A stretch of DNA of 64,000 bases from a candidate division TA06 bacterium 32_111 (lineage in GTDB: Bacteria > Hydrothermota > 32-111): assembly GCA_001508335.1 (NCBI GenBank), contig LGFX01000002.1, positions 11,179-75,178 of the forward strand, read 5' to 3'. Positions 1 through 10,241 of this stretch are shown here, piece by piece. The notes beneath the pieces are model-generated. The model did not search any database. It saw only the letters and a list, made by a program, of their open reading frames with translations, and was not told the DNA's origin. The number at the start of each line of letters is the position of its first letter. The stretch's first letter is position 1. Both the position numbers and the translations under genes were made by a program.

Positions 1-1211
1 TTTTGCTTGAGAGATACTCTTTGGCAACCAGATTCATTCCATCCCTTAAAGGTGTTATTAAGGCTATATCACTAATCTTATAGAGAGCAACCAATTCATG
101 AAAATCAAAAAACCTGTATTGATACAATACTGGTGTCCAATTAATACTGCCAAATTTTCCGTTGATTTTTCCTACAAATTCGTCTACCTGTTTTTTCATT
201 CTCTGGTAATGCTCAACTCCCGTTCGAGAAGGAACAACCACGAGTATAAGAATGATCTTTTCATGCCAATTAGGATTTTTTTGAAGGAACAGTTCATAAC
301 CTTGTAATCTATTCAGAATACCCTTTGTATAATCCAACCTATCGATTGAAAGTAACACTTTTAAATTTCTAAAACTGTTCTTTAGATTGTTAGATATCTG
401 TTTAACTTCCTTACTTTTTGAGGCATTGTTAAACTTCTTAAAATCTATTCCCATTGGAAAGGTATCTATTTTAATTGTTCTATTTTCAGTCGAAATTATA
501 CCCAAAGTGTGTTCGTATCCCAAAAAACGAAGAACAGAAATTAGAAAATGTTGCATATAATCATAAGTATGAAAACCAACAAGATCTGCTCCCAATATTC
601 CAAGTAGTATCTCTCTACGCCATTCTGCTGGTAATAATCTAAATACCTCAAATGATGGAAAAGGAATATGATGAAAATAACCTATCGATAAATCTTTTCT
701 CCTCTCTCTTAAAAGACCGGGTAATAGCATCAGTTGATAGTCGTGTACCCAGATTATATCACCTGGTTTTGAAATTTCCAAGATTTTATCACAGAAAATC
801 ATATTGACTTTTTGGTAATGTCTCCAATAATCTTCATCGTATACAACATAGGAAGGGAAGTAGTGAAAGAGTGGCCAAATAATCTTGTTACAAAACCCAT
901 TATAAAAATTGTTCACAACCCTATCTGATAAAAAAACTGGAAATGCATTAAATTCAGCCAACCTTTTTGTAAGTATTACTCTTTTATTTTCATCAAAGAT
1001 AGATGTGCCCGACCAGCCGATCCATAAATGTTCCAAATTGCTAAACGAAGTTTTTTTTAATGATTTGAGATAAGCGTCAACTCCAGTAACTAAACCACCG
1101 GCACTCTTCTGCAATTCAAACCTTCCTTTTTTTTCTGTAACGTTAAAAGGTAATCTGTTGGATACTATTAATAATCTTTGTGGTGGTTTTAACTCATATT
1201 TTTTTATCATG
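1..1211 (-). CDS. otsA: alpha,alpha-trehalose-phosphate synthase (GT20 family), N-terminal ~400 codons only; the gene continues beyond the window start
   Basis: Hand translation of the minus strand from the ATG at 1209-1211 gives MIKKYELKPPQRLLIVSNRLP...IIWVHDYQLMLLP...IGYFHHIPFPSFEVFRLLP, which are hallmark OtsA/GT20 motifs. Upstream SD is AAAGGAAAGGA. The frame is open down to coordinate 1. Confidence 0.8.
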
Positions 1212-1616
1212 TGCAATCCTTTCCTTTAAAACCAGTTGAGTAGACCCTATAAATTTTATCTCTATGCATCATCAGATAGTATAACAGGCTGTTTTATTTG
1301 TTTTCATCACAAAAATTCATTTTATTTCAACAACCTTGATTTTAATAACCTGTTTTTCTATTCTTTAAACACTCAAGATCTTTCTTTACTGATCTAATAC
1401 TTTTCAATAAATGGAAGCTCACTATCAAATGTTTTTAATTTAAAAATTGTTCTTTTTTTTAAAAATTTTTTAACGGTTATTGTTGATCTCATTACTTTTC
1501 CTTCCTCTCGTTCTCAAAAAATGTCTTTCTATATGTATTTTATCTCTTATACGAAAAATGTCAAATAATATTTCGGGGACGGTGCTTGACTTGTGACATT
1601 TTTTATACACAAAAAA

Positions 1617-2966
1617 CTATATCAAAATGAATAAAAATGTAAATATTAAGAAAAGGATAAAAAAAACTTTGCTTATATCTTTAAATTTCAAAGGTTTCTC
1701 TTCACTTAAAAAAGATTTGCCTTTTGTTAAAATCTCTTCCCTATATTCCAAAATATTTTTGTCGTAATCGAGATCACCTTTAGATAACCGATTGAGAAGA
1801 TAATCGAGAAGAGGCAGAAAACCTGGTGTTAATACAAAATTGGAAAGATTTGTATCGAGAGGTAAGGAAATATAAAATTTGTCTTTTGAATAAGAAAGGA
1901 GTTTGTTCCCTCCATCATCCAAAATCAAAGGCTCTCCCGGTATATCGGAAAGTTTTTTATAGTTAAGGCTTTCGAAACCATTCTTTAAAACCTCTTTCAA
2001 GTTAGCATCTTTGAAAATGATTTTTCTTTTGTTATGGTGAACCATTTTATAATCTTTAAAAAAAACTATTCCTTTTTTTATCGCATCGTTAGAGGAAATA
2101 GAAATTTCACCATCAGTAACTTCATATCCCAAAGTCTTTAAAGCTATTTGCAAAATCTTTTCCCCAACAAGATCCTTTATCCTTTTGTTTTTAATATAAA
2201 CAGTTTTTGGAAAACTTATAGAGTCTGTCAAAACCTTTATAAAACTTAAAGAATCAAAATCAGGTGAGAAAAAATTTATACCTCTTTTTAGAAAAATTTT
2301 TACCTCTTTTCCATCTGTTTTTAAAAGAGCAACTTTTTCATCTTTTGAAAATATTTTAAGTTCAGGTAGAATATCAACGATAAGGATATCGAAATCATTT
2401 TCCACCTTCACAAAATCAAAATCGTCCCTGAACCTATCATAGTTCCTATCTGAAATAAAAACTTTCTTCATAGATGGAGAATTTATCCTGTTAATCAAAC
2501 TAACAAAATTTCTTACAACTTCATCCTTTTCTAAAAGTTCTCCACTGAAAACTTTTTCCTTTTTAAAAGGGTATTCTATTCTTCCTTTGTTATCATAAAT
2601 AACGATATTATCGTAATTGAACTCTTTTTTGTATTCAAAAATCATACTGTCCAACTTTTCGGATTTGAGATTCAACAAGGGAGTGTTATCTATGAATATA
2701 AAAAGATATTCAACATTCTTTGAACCGATGTAAGGTTTTGATAAAAATAGTGTTAAAAAGGAAAATGATAAGACAAAAAAAATTATTTTTAAAATTTTAA
2801 GGATCAGGGTTGAACCCTTTTTTAAGGTTGATTTTTCACTCTCTTCGAAAAGATCGATGTAAGGATAAAATTTTACCTTTTTGAACTTTTTTGAAAAAAA
2901 TAGAATTAAAAGGAAAATTGGAAGAAGAAAAAAAAGGATCAAATTAAAATCTCTATAGAAAAACAT
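1617..2966 (-). CDS. hypothetical membrane protein (N-terminal TM helices), located downstream of the DUF58 gene
   Basis: ORF 1617..3017. The likely start is the internal Met at 2966 (MFFYRDFNLILFFLLPIFLLILFF), which is preceded by a good SD (AGGAGAAAGA-ATG). It overlaps the DUF58 stop by 14 nt, suggesting coupling. Confidence 0.5.
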   Translation of the reverse strand: MFFYRDFNLILFFLLPIFLLILFFSKKFKKVKFYPYIDLFEESEKSTLKKGSTLILKILKIIFFVLSFSFLTLFLSKPYIGSKNVEYLFIFIDNTPLLNLKSEKLDSMIFEYKKEFNYDNIVIYDNKGRIEYPFKKEKVFSGELLEKDEVVRNFVSLINRINSPSMKKVFISDRNYDRFRDDFDFVKVENDFDILIVDILPELKIFSKDEKVALLKTDGKEVKIFLKRGINFFSPDFDSLSFIKVLTDSISFPKTVYIKNKRIKDLVGEKILQIALKTLGYEVTDGEISISSNDAIKKGIVFFKDYKMVHHNKRKIIFKDANLKEVLKNGFESLNYKKLSDIPGEPLILDDGGNKLLSYSKDKFYISLPLDTNLSNFVLTPGFLPLLDYLLNRLSKGDLDYDKNILEYREEILTKGKSFLSEEKPLKFKDISKVFFILFLIFTFLFILI

Positions 2967-3813
2967 TCTTTCTCCTAAAAAAGAAGTTTGAAAGTGGTTT
3001 TTCAAAACCATCCTCAATCATTATGTGGTTGTAATCAATCCCGTTTTCATAGGAATACTTTTTTATACTCTCATTTCTATCTCTCAAAATTTTCATCCTA
3101 TCTGAAAACGAATCGAAATAAAGGGTCTTTCCACTTTCCATATCTTTCAAATAGACATTTTCAAAATTATTTTTTTCAAACTCCTGTTTACTTTGTAGAT
3201 GGAAAACTATTGAGTCATTTTTGAAAACTCTGTATATCGATAAAGTTTTCATCATATCTTCAAGATTTTCGCCAAAATCGGTTATAAATATAACAAAAGT
3301 AGATCTTTTAACCTTTGGTAAAATATCCAGTAAAACTTTTGCTCCTTTAGTTTCACCATCAGGTTTTATCGTTTCAAGATCCTTGTAAAGATGGGAAAGT
3401 AGGTTCTGCTTTTTTGAAGGTTTTTGAAAAACTTTTAACCTATCACTGTAAAAAACATAACCGAAAGAATCGTTCTGTTTTTTTGCAATAAGAGCGAAAA
3501 TGAAAACTAAAGTTTTTGCATATTCGAACTTGTTTGCAAATCGCATAGATTTTGAACAGTCAAGAAAAATATAAATATCAGTGTCCGACTCACCCTCATT
3601 TTCCCTTACAAAAAGTTTTTCACTCCTTAAAAAAACTTTCCAATCTATCCTTTTAAAATCGTCTCCCTGAATGTATTCCCTGTATTCTGAAAATTCAGAT
3701 GAAAAACCTTTGTATGGAGTTTTGTGTATACCTGAAAAGTACCCTTTCAAAATGTATTTTGATCTTAAAAAAAGATTTTCGATTTTAAAAATTTCTGAAT
3801 AATTTTTATCCAT
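2953..3813 (-). CDS. DUF58 family protein (vWA-like; usually a partner of MoxR AAA ATPases)
   Basis: The ORF has the motif EYREYIQGDDFKRIDWKVFLRSEKLFVRE, which matches the DUF58 signature (Y..GDD.R.IDWK..AR). Confidence 0.65.
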   Translation of the reverse strand: MDKNYSEIFKIENLFLRSKYILKGYFSGIHKTPYKGFSSEFSEYREYIQGDDFKRIDWKVFLRSEKLFVRENEGESDTDIYIFLDCSKSMRFANKFEYAKTLVFIFALIAKKQNDSFGYVFYSDRLKVFQKPSKKQNLLSHLYKDLETIKPDGETKGAKVLLDILPKVKRSTFVIFITDFGENLEDMMKTLSIYRVFKNDSIVFHLQSKQEFEKNNFENVYLKDMESGKTLYFDSFSDRMKILRDRNESIKKYSYENGIDYNHIMIEDGFEKPLSNFFFRRKNVFL

Positions 3814-3990
3814 CTACTCTGTAAACTTTTAAAATTTCATACTCTAAGAAACTGTTATAGATAAGATTTTTATCTTTTTCTTCAACTTTAATCAAAATTT
3901 TTGTTACCTTTCATTCCAACTTTTTTTATTCTCTATCTTCGTCCCATTCCTTCCGTCAAAATTCACAACATCTTCCCAGAATCATAAGGG

Positions 3991-4197
3991 TTATAATTCA
4001 ACTCTCTCTGTTAAAAAAGAACCTTGAGAAGAGTTCTTTACCGGAAGAATGTTATACTCTTTTTGTGGATCTTCTTTTTCTCTTATATCCTTAAAATTAA
4101 CTACCCGGTTAAACATTATATAATCTTTATATCTTTCAATTTGGTAGGAGAGAGTCAAATTCGAGATTCTTTCACTAATAAAAACACTTTTATCCAT
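3991..4197 (-). CDS. possible small protein (68 aa) in the 445-bp gap upstream of the DUF58 gene
   Basis: ORF with a plausible SD (AAGGAA-TATT-ATG). No recognisable domain. It could equally be non-coding leader sequence. Confidence 0.2.
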   Translation of the reverse strand: MDKSVFISERISNLTLSYQIERYKDYIMFNRVVNFKDIREKEDPQKEYNILPVKNSSQGSFLTERVEL

Positions 4198-4258
4198 AAT
4201 ATTCCTTGCTTTGAAAATGTGTGGGAATTATAACAAAGATATAAAAATAATTCAACCT

Positions 4259-6034
4259 TTACATTCTGAAGAATTTGTATGTTCTCAAAAGGTTATCGTT
4301 ATCTTTATATATCACAAAGAAAACACCTTTTTTTGAAATATCACCTATATAGTTCTCTCCATTTGAAAGAACTTTTATAGTGTTTCCAAGACAATCTATA
4401 AGTTTTGCAGAATTGGCATTTTCGATGTAAATTTTATCGTTAGAATACAAAATTCTTGTTCCCTTCTCAACCTCTTTCACCTCTACATTTTTTGTGTTGT
4501 TTTCAACAGTTCTCAAGGTTGTGAAAGTTAGATCATATTTAAAAAATTTTGTAAAAGTCACATTTATTAAGGCATTAAGATTTCTAGAATCCAGATATTC
4601 AAATGGAAATCCAAAAAATACTGATCTGTGTGTTGTGGCTATATTGTTAACACCAACTATTACTGATGCTTTGGGTAAACCAAGGTAATAGTTTACATTT
4701 ACAAAAGTGTCTCTTGGAAATGGATAAACTTCATCAACATTTGATTTAGTTTGTTCAATTTGTTCAATTACCGCAGTGTATTCATTCGAAGCATAGATTG
4801 AGAATTTATCTGCTGAAAAGGAAACATCATCGTAACTGCTTGATCTGTAATCAACCCACATATAGTAGGAGAGAAATGGAAATTCATCTTTCTGAGAATT
4901 TACTCCCGGGACTCCATAAGATTGGGCAAGGTTCTCTCCGGAAACTATAATATTCCCCCCAAAAGTAAGATACCTTTGAAGATTGAATGTATCATCTGGA
5001 AGTATAAAAGGTTCACCCATTTCTCCAGTATATAAAATAACTGTTGTGAACTTTGATAGAAAATCGTAATTTGGATAAGACTCTGTATTTTTCAAATTCA
5101 AGTAGGTATAATCGATTTTATTCTCATCGAGTACTTTTAAAAGATCAAGAGTTCCTTTTTCTTCAAGTCCGTTATCATCAAGAACAAGTGTTCTACCTAT
5201 ACCAAAGAATTTTAAAATATCCCTGAGGTAACTGGTTCTCATTAGAATATTTTTTGTTGAATCAGGTATAGATTTTATTCCTTGGAGTGGACAGGAGTAT
5301 GCACTGAAATCTGTTGTAGACATTACAGTTCTTCCGGGGAAATATAAAATTCCTTTACTTTCAGGAGGTGTATATGCTGTTGCTGTTGATCTGTAAAGTT
5401 TTCCTTTTTCTTCAAAAACAAAAAATGGGAAGTAGTAAGGCTCTCCAAGTCCGTGGAAGTTTCCAAGATTATCAATAGAATAATCTGGAGGAGTTCCAGC
5501 AGGATAAAGGAATTTGTATTGTCTGCAAAATGTGGAAAGTGTATCAGTGAAAATAGTCTCAATGTATGAGTACTGTGAACCACCATTGTAAAAAAGATAA
5601 TTGTTGAAATACTGGTTTAGAAATTCACTATCATAGTTATTCAAAAAATCAGCTATATTGTTCCCTTCGATGTAAACACATCCACCATAATCAAGATAGT
5701 TTTTCAAATTTTCTATATCCTCTGGAGATAAAATATTGGGAGAAACAGGTCTGTGTCCACAAACTATAAAAACAGCACCATATTCAAGAATATCTGGATA
5801 TGAAGGCAGTGGGTATCCAACTCTTAGATTGTTTGAATCAACTGAAAAACCAAGAAGAGAGAAAGATTGCAATAGGTTCTCTTCGTAACCTATTTGAACT
5901 TGAACATTATCTGGATCTGGAAGTTTAAGCCCACTATCATTATCTAAAACGAATATTTTTATTCCAACAAAATTTTGTGAAAATAATAGAAGACTAAACA
6001 GTAAAAATATAATCACTAAGAAGACTCTTTTCAT
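4259..6034 (-). CDS. secreted protein with a T9SS-type C-terminal sorting-domain-like tail
   Basis: ORF 4259..6130. The likely start is the Met at 6034 (MKRVFLVIIFLLFSLLLFSQ signal peptide) with SD GGGGGAGGT. The C-terminus (KLIDCLGNTIKVL...GVFFVIYKDNDNLLRTYKFFRM) resembles a Por_Secre_tail domain. Confidence 0.55.
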   Translation of the reverse strand: MKRVFLVIIFLLFSLLLFSQNFVGIKIFVLDNDSGLKLPDPDNVQVQIGYEENLLQSFSLLGFSVDSNNLRVGYPLPSYPDILEYGAVFIVCGHRPVSPNILSPEDIENLKNYLDYGGCVYIEGNNIADFLNNYDSEFLNQYFNNYLFYNGGSQYSYIETIFTDTLSTFCRQYKFLYPAGTPPDYSIDNLGNFHGLGEPYYFPFFVFEEKGKLYRSTATAYTPPESKGILYFPGRTVMSTTDFSAYSCPLQGIKSIPDSTKNILMRTSYLRDILKFFGIGRTLVLDDNGLEEKGTLDLLKVLDENKIDYTYLNLKNTESYPNYDFLSKFTTVILYTGEMGEPFILPDDTFNLQRYLTFGGNIIVSGENLAQSYGVPGVNSQKDEFPFLSYYMWVDYRSSSYDDVSFSADKFSIYASNEYTAVIEQIEQTKSNVDEVYPFPRDTFVNVNYYLGLPKASVIVGVNNIATTHRSVFFGFPFEYLDSRNLNALINVTFTKFFKYDLTFTTLRTVENNTKNVEVKEVEKGTRILYSNDKIYIENANSAKLIDCLGNTIKVLSNGENYIGDISKKGVFFVIYKDNDNLLRTYKFFRM

Positions 6035-6153
6035 GAAGACCTCCCCCTTTTTTTTAATTGTATAAAAAAATTTTCTTGTGTCAACCGAAAATTTAAAAAA
6101 TAGGTATTGACTTTTTGTAAAAAAATACATATAATTTTACAAAAGGAGGAAAT

Positions 6154-9100
6154 ATGAAAAAGGTTTTAAGTTTAACTTTTTTACTTTTCTTTCTTTCCAT
6201 CTTTCCATACAGGTTGAACCTTGAAAATGATAAAAAAAGTTTTGAAGTTCAGTTTAAACCTTTCGGTAAAAAGTTCATTTTCAACTATGATAAGAATTTT
6301 CTTTTGATACATCAAAAGGATATAGAAATTGAAAAGTTAAAGTTTTTAACACTATCTTTGGGATACCAATTCATAGATGTTGTAAACGATGATCCTTCCT
6401 GTGCTAAAGTAAAAAATATTATAGACTCCATTAAAAGTATAAAAAAAGTTACCGCTATAATACTTATAGGTGATGAAAATAGGATAAATCCATACAGAGG
6501 TTTTTTCAATCCTTACACTTTAAAAAGTTTCCCTTCAGATCTATACTTTTCAAATCCTTTTGTGGATTCCTCTTTTGTAATAATCTCAAGGATACCAGTT
6601 TCAAATCAGGAACAGTTTGACATTTTTGTTGAAAAGTTGAAAAATTTCCTTTCAGATAGTTCAAATTTTGAATTCGTTTTCACAGCACCTTTTTACGACA
6701 ACAACAAAGACTCCACTGAAGATTACCTATACTTTACATATCCATATTTTATAAACAGAGTTTTGAAAGGAAAAATTTATGGTGAGACCAACTCTCCCTT
6801 TCCAAAATACACATACACATACGAAAAATTACCTGACTCTTTACTCTTCCCCTATTACAACTGGATATACGAATTGAGCAGTTTAAACTTAAAGGACAAA
6901 AATTTTATATTCACATACAGGGGGCATGGGAATCCAATATCTTCCGTTATGCCTGATTTTTCTTTAAACAATATTCAATATTTGAATTTTTCAAAAAATG
7001 GGATATTTCTATTCTTCTCCTGTCTTATGGGAAATTTCGATAAACTGATATCAGGTTACGAAAGATCTTTTTCAGAATCACTTTTAGTTTCCGAAAAGAA
7101 CGCTATTCTCACCATTTCCTCATCATCAGAAACATTTTACCAGTACAACAACTATATGATGAACAAATTTTTCGATTTTTTAGATGACAACTCTTTCAAA
7201 CTTGAAACAACTGAAAAGGAAACATTATTTTTAGACCTTTACAGAAAACTTATTTTCTCTTTTATGAACTATGCCGGGTACAACGATTATTCAGTTTCAC
7301 AGGTTCTCTCATACAATATTTTCGGTTTTCCAATTTTGAATCTTAAAAAAAATCCATCTTCAAAACCTTTCTCTTTTAAAGAGAGTATAGACATATCTGA
7401 CTCTATTTTAACAATAGAAATTTTAAGACCCTGTAAAATCAATATCTTTTCAAAGGAGAGAATTATAGATACCTTCAATTTTAACAACGAAACAACATTC
7501 TATTACAAACTTTTCAACATAAAACCAAACTCTTTCTATTACATATCTTCATATTTAAATGGAGTTCTCTTCGTTGATTCGTTTTTTGTTAAAAACGATA
7601 TACTCTCTATTGACACTTTTTTCTTTTCAGATAACTCTGGTAACTCTAACCGACTTATAGAGGAGGGAGAACCTATCCAAATATTTTTTAAAACAAATAA
7701 AAACTCTTATTCCAATGTTGATATTTTTTCAACCGATTGTGAGATAGTTGAAGGGGTGATTCTCGATGGAGAGTTTTTTAAAACAACTGTAAAAACTTTA
7801 AAGGGTGCTTATAATTTAAAGTTAACAATTTCAATAGATTCTTCAAACTTCTATTTTGTTTTTCCTGTAAACAGGTTCAGAATTGTTATCGATTCTATGA
7901 ACTGTCAAGAAACATCGATATTTTACAAGGATGAGGATTATCAGTTTGGAGTATCTGTTTCCTCTTTCGGTATTTTTCCACAGGAAAAATTAAAGTTAAA
8001 ATTCATAGAGAAAAACTATTCTGTCAGTATTGATAGTATAATATTAAATACTCCCTTTGAACATAATATTTTATGGAACTACTTTAGATTTTTTGCCGAT
8101 ACAAACTTTATAAAAGTTGTATACTCGAATGGATTTATTTATGATACTATAACCTATAAAGTTTTTACAACAAAAAGACATTCACTCTTTTTATATGATC
8201 CTTTGAACAACTATCAGAATTCAGATTTTGTTTCATTTTTAAAAGATTCTTTGGATATATCTTTAACCTTATCAGATAAAATTGATTCAACCTTAACCTA
8301 TTCTTCCTACATTTTCTCCTTTGGTCTCTATCCAAAATTACACCATATAACCTCCGAAGAATCTAATTTAATAGAGAATTTAGCATCAAGAAATGTCCCC
8401 CTTCTTGTTGAGGGTGGAGATGTTTTTGGTTATGATAGAGAGGGAATAAGGATAATGGAATTATTCAATATTAACAAATCTTTCGATGGGAATACCCTTT
8501 ACAAAGGAACGGTTTTAAATCTAACTCCCCTTAACATTGATCTTCTTTACGATACAACCTCAAACTACATGGATTACTATGAGACTCCACAGCCTTTGCT
8601 TTCATTTTCAAACAGATATTATGGTTCAATAAAAAATAACAGGATAGCCCAATCTCCACTTCTTAAATATTTTAAACACATTGATTTGAATCTTTTGTAT
8701 TACTTCTACACTATCTTTCTTTTAGATTTTGAGGAAGGTGTATCCTTCAAGGAAACTATTGATATTTCAACGAATCAGAGTTTAGAAATTTTCTCAACAG
8801 TTAAAAATCCACAGATTCTTTTATGTGAATTTCCAGATAACCTTATAGATTCAGTAAAATTTGAAGATGGAAGGGCAATAAAAGGTTTAGGGAAAAAATT
8901 TGTTAAAATTTTTGTTAAAAGGAACTCCCCGCCTTTCCAGACGAAAATATTTTTTTCAACCGGTTTCAAAGAATACCCTTTATACTTAAAATACACTCCT
9001 TACATTCAGACAAAAAACAAGAAGTTTAAAAAGAAGGAAAACATCTCAGAGTTAAAAGATAAAATCTATTTTGACAAGATTGGAAGAAGGGTTTTCAAAA

Positions 9101-9165
9101 ATCAACTTAAAAGTTTAAACATCTATTTTACAGAGGATAAAAAACTTTTGATTTTAAAAAAATAG
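6154..9165 (+). CDS. large secreted gingipain-like (peptidase C25, clan CD) cysteine-peptidase candidate with a T9SS-type C-terminal domain
   Basis: Signal peptide MKKVLSLTFLLFFLSIFP. His-Gly and Cys motifs (FTYRGHGNPISS ... IFLFFSCLMGNFD) are spaced about 40 aa apart, as in caspase-fold C25/C11 peptidases. The C-terminal KIYFDKIGRRVFKNQ...LLILKK resembles a Por_Secre_tail. Confidence 0.5.
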   Translation: MKKVLSLTFLLFFLSIFPYRLNLENDKKSFEVQFKPFGKKFIFNYDKNFLLIHQKDIEIEKLKFLTLSLGYQFIDVVNDDPSCAKVKNIIDSIKSIKKVTAIILIGDENRINPYRGFFNPYTLKSFPSDLYFSNPFVDSSFVIISRIPVSNQEQFDIFVEKLKNFLSDSSNFEFVFTAPFYDNNKDSTEDYLYFTYPYFINRVLKGKIYGETNSPFPKYTYTYEKLPDSLLFPYYNWIYELSSLNLKDKNFIFTYRGHGNPISSVMPDFSLNNIQYLNFSKNGIFLFFSCLMGNFDKLISGYERSFSESLLVSEKNAILTISSSSETFYQYNNYMMNKFFDFLDDNSFKLETTEKETLFLDLYRKLIFSFMNYAGYNDYSVSQVLSYNIFGFPILNLKKNPSSKPFSFKESIDISDSILTIEILRPCKINIFSKERIIDTFNFNNETTFYYKLFNIKPNSFYYISSYLNGVLFVDSFFVKNDILSIDTFFFSDNSGNSNRLIEEGEPIQIFFKTNKNSYSNVDIFSTDCEIVEGVILDGEFFKTTVKTLKGAYNLKLTISIDSSNFYFVFPVNRFRIVIDSMNCQETSIFYKDEDYQFGVSVSSFGIFPQEKLKLKFIEKNYSVSIDSIILNTPFEHNILWNYFRFFADTNFIKVVYSNGFIYDTITYKVFTTKRHSLFLYDPLNNYQNSDFVSFLKDSLDISLTLSDKIDSTLTYSSYIFSFGLYPKLHHITSEESNLIENLASRNVPLLVEGGDVFGYDREGIRIMELFNINKSFDGNTLYKGTVLNLTPLNIDLLYDTTSNYMDYYETPQPLLSFSNRYYGSIKNNRIAQSPLLKYFKHIDLNLLYYFYTIFLLDFEEGVSFKETIDISTNQSLEIFSTVKNPQILLCEFPDNLIDSVKFEDGRAIKGLGKKFVKIFVKRNSPPFQTKIFFSTGFKEYPLYLKYTPYIQTKNKKFKKKENISELKDKIYFDKIGRRVFKNQLKSLNIYFTEDKKLLILKK

Positions 9166-9200
9166 TTTGACTTTAAACTTTCAATTTTTATAATTCTTTT

Positions 9201-10241
9201 ATGATGTTAATTTTTCTAATTCTTTTTTTTCTAACCTCTGAAAACATCTCAGGATACACTATAAAAAAAAGTGATCTTGTTACCTATTATGATACATTAT
9301 CCTTGGAAAGTAAAGTTTCACAACTTTTTATAGTTTACACAAACAACTTCAATTTTTCAAATTATTATCCTGGAGGGGTAATACCTTCAAAAAATCTTTT
9401 AAAGAGTATTTACTATAAAAAAATTCCTTTTGAGAACCTTTTAAAAGATTTTCCAATTCCACCTTTTGTTTGTATAGATCAGGAAGGAGGGAAAGTTGAT
9501 AGGTTATCATTTATAGAAAAAACTCCTTCTTTGAATTCGATATTCCATAACTATGAAAAAAGGGAGGAAATTTTAAAGATAATGGTTTTAAATGAGAAAA
9601 AACTTGGAATAAATTTAAACCTTTCACCTGTTCTCGATCTTTCATACCAGAAAAACTCGATGATGAGAAGAACGGATAGAAACATTCTTTCAACAACCGA
9701 TTCTATTAAAGATTTCATAGATACTTACATATCTTTACACAAAAGCAAAAAAATTCTAAACTGCATAAAACATTTCCCTGGTTATGGAGAAACATTTGAT
9801 AACTCCGATGTAGTGATACCAAAATATAAAGGAGATAAAAAACTTTTTGAAGAGAATTTGGATCTTTTTTACCATTTTTTTGATAAGGTTTCATTCGTTA
9901 TGGTTGCAAACATAGTTTACCCATTTCTCGATTCTGTTCCTGCGGTAAGGTCAAAAAATGTTGTAAAACTTGTTAGGGATAAAAATGAAAAGATTGTCAT
10001 TGTAGCGGATGATATAGCAGCAAAATCAAACAAAAACCCTTACTTGGTTCTGAAAGAATCTTTTAAAAGTGGGGTTGATATCTTTATACTTATGGATGAT
10101 ACACTTTTCGAATTTATGGTAGATTCACTTTCTTTCTGGATTTCAAAAGGAGAAATTGAAGAAAAGGAACTTAATGAAAAACTTTTCAGAATATTTCTTA
10201 AAAAAGAGTATCTTTTTAATACGCTCAAAAAGAAAAGTTAA
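9201..10241 (+). CDS. nagZ: glycoside hydrolase family 3 N-terminal domain protein (NagZ-like beta-N-acetylhexosaminidase), with N-terminal signal/TM
   Basis: Motifs PFVCIDQEGGKVDRL, NLNLSPVLDL and KHFPGYGETFDNSD match the GH3/NagZ catalytic region. Confidence 0.6.
   Translation: MMLIFLILFFLTSENISGYTIKKSDLVTYYDTLSLESKVSQLFIVYTNNFNFSNYYPGGVIPSKNLLKSIYYKKIPFENLLKDFPIPPFVCIDQEGGKVDRLSFIEKTPSLNSIFHNYEKREEILKIMVLNEKKLGINLNLSPVLDLSYQKNSMMRRTDRNILSTTDSIKDFIDTYISLHKSKKILNCIKHFPGYGETFDNSDVVIPKYKGDKKLFEENLDLFYHFFDKVSFVMVANIVYPFLDSVPAVRSKNVVKLVRDKNEKIVIVADDIAAKSNKNPYLVLKESFKSGVDIFILMDDTLFEFMVDSLSFWISKGEIEEKELNEKLFRIFLKKEYLFNTLKKKS

Noticed and set aside
98-307. 69-aa plus-strand ORF at the window start
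   Set aside because: It is antisense within the otsA coding region.
4024-4233. 69-aa plus-strand ORF in the DUF58 upstream gap
   Set aside because: It overlaps the better-supported minus-strand small ORF, has no SD, and has a hydrophobic low-complexity sequence.
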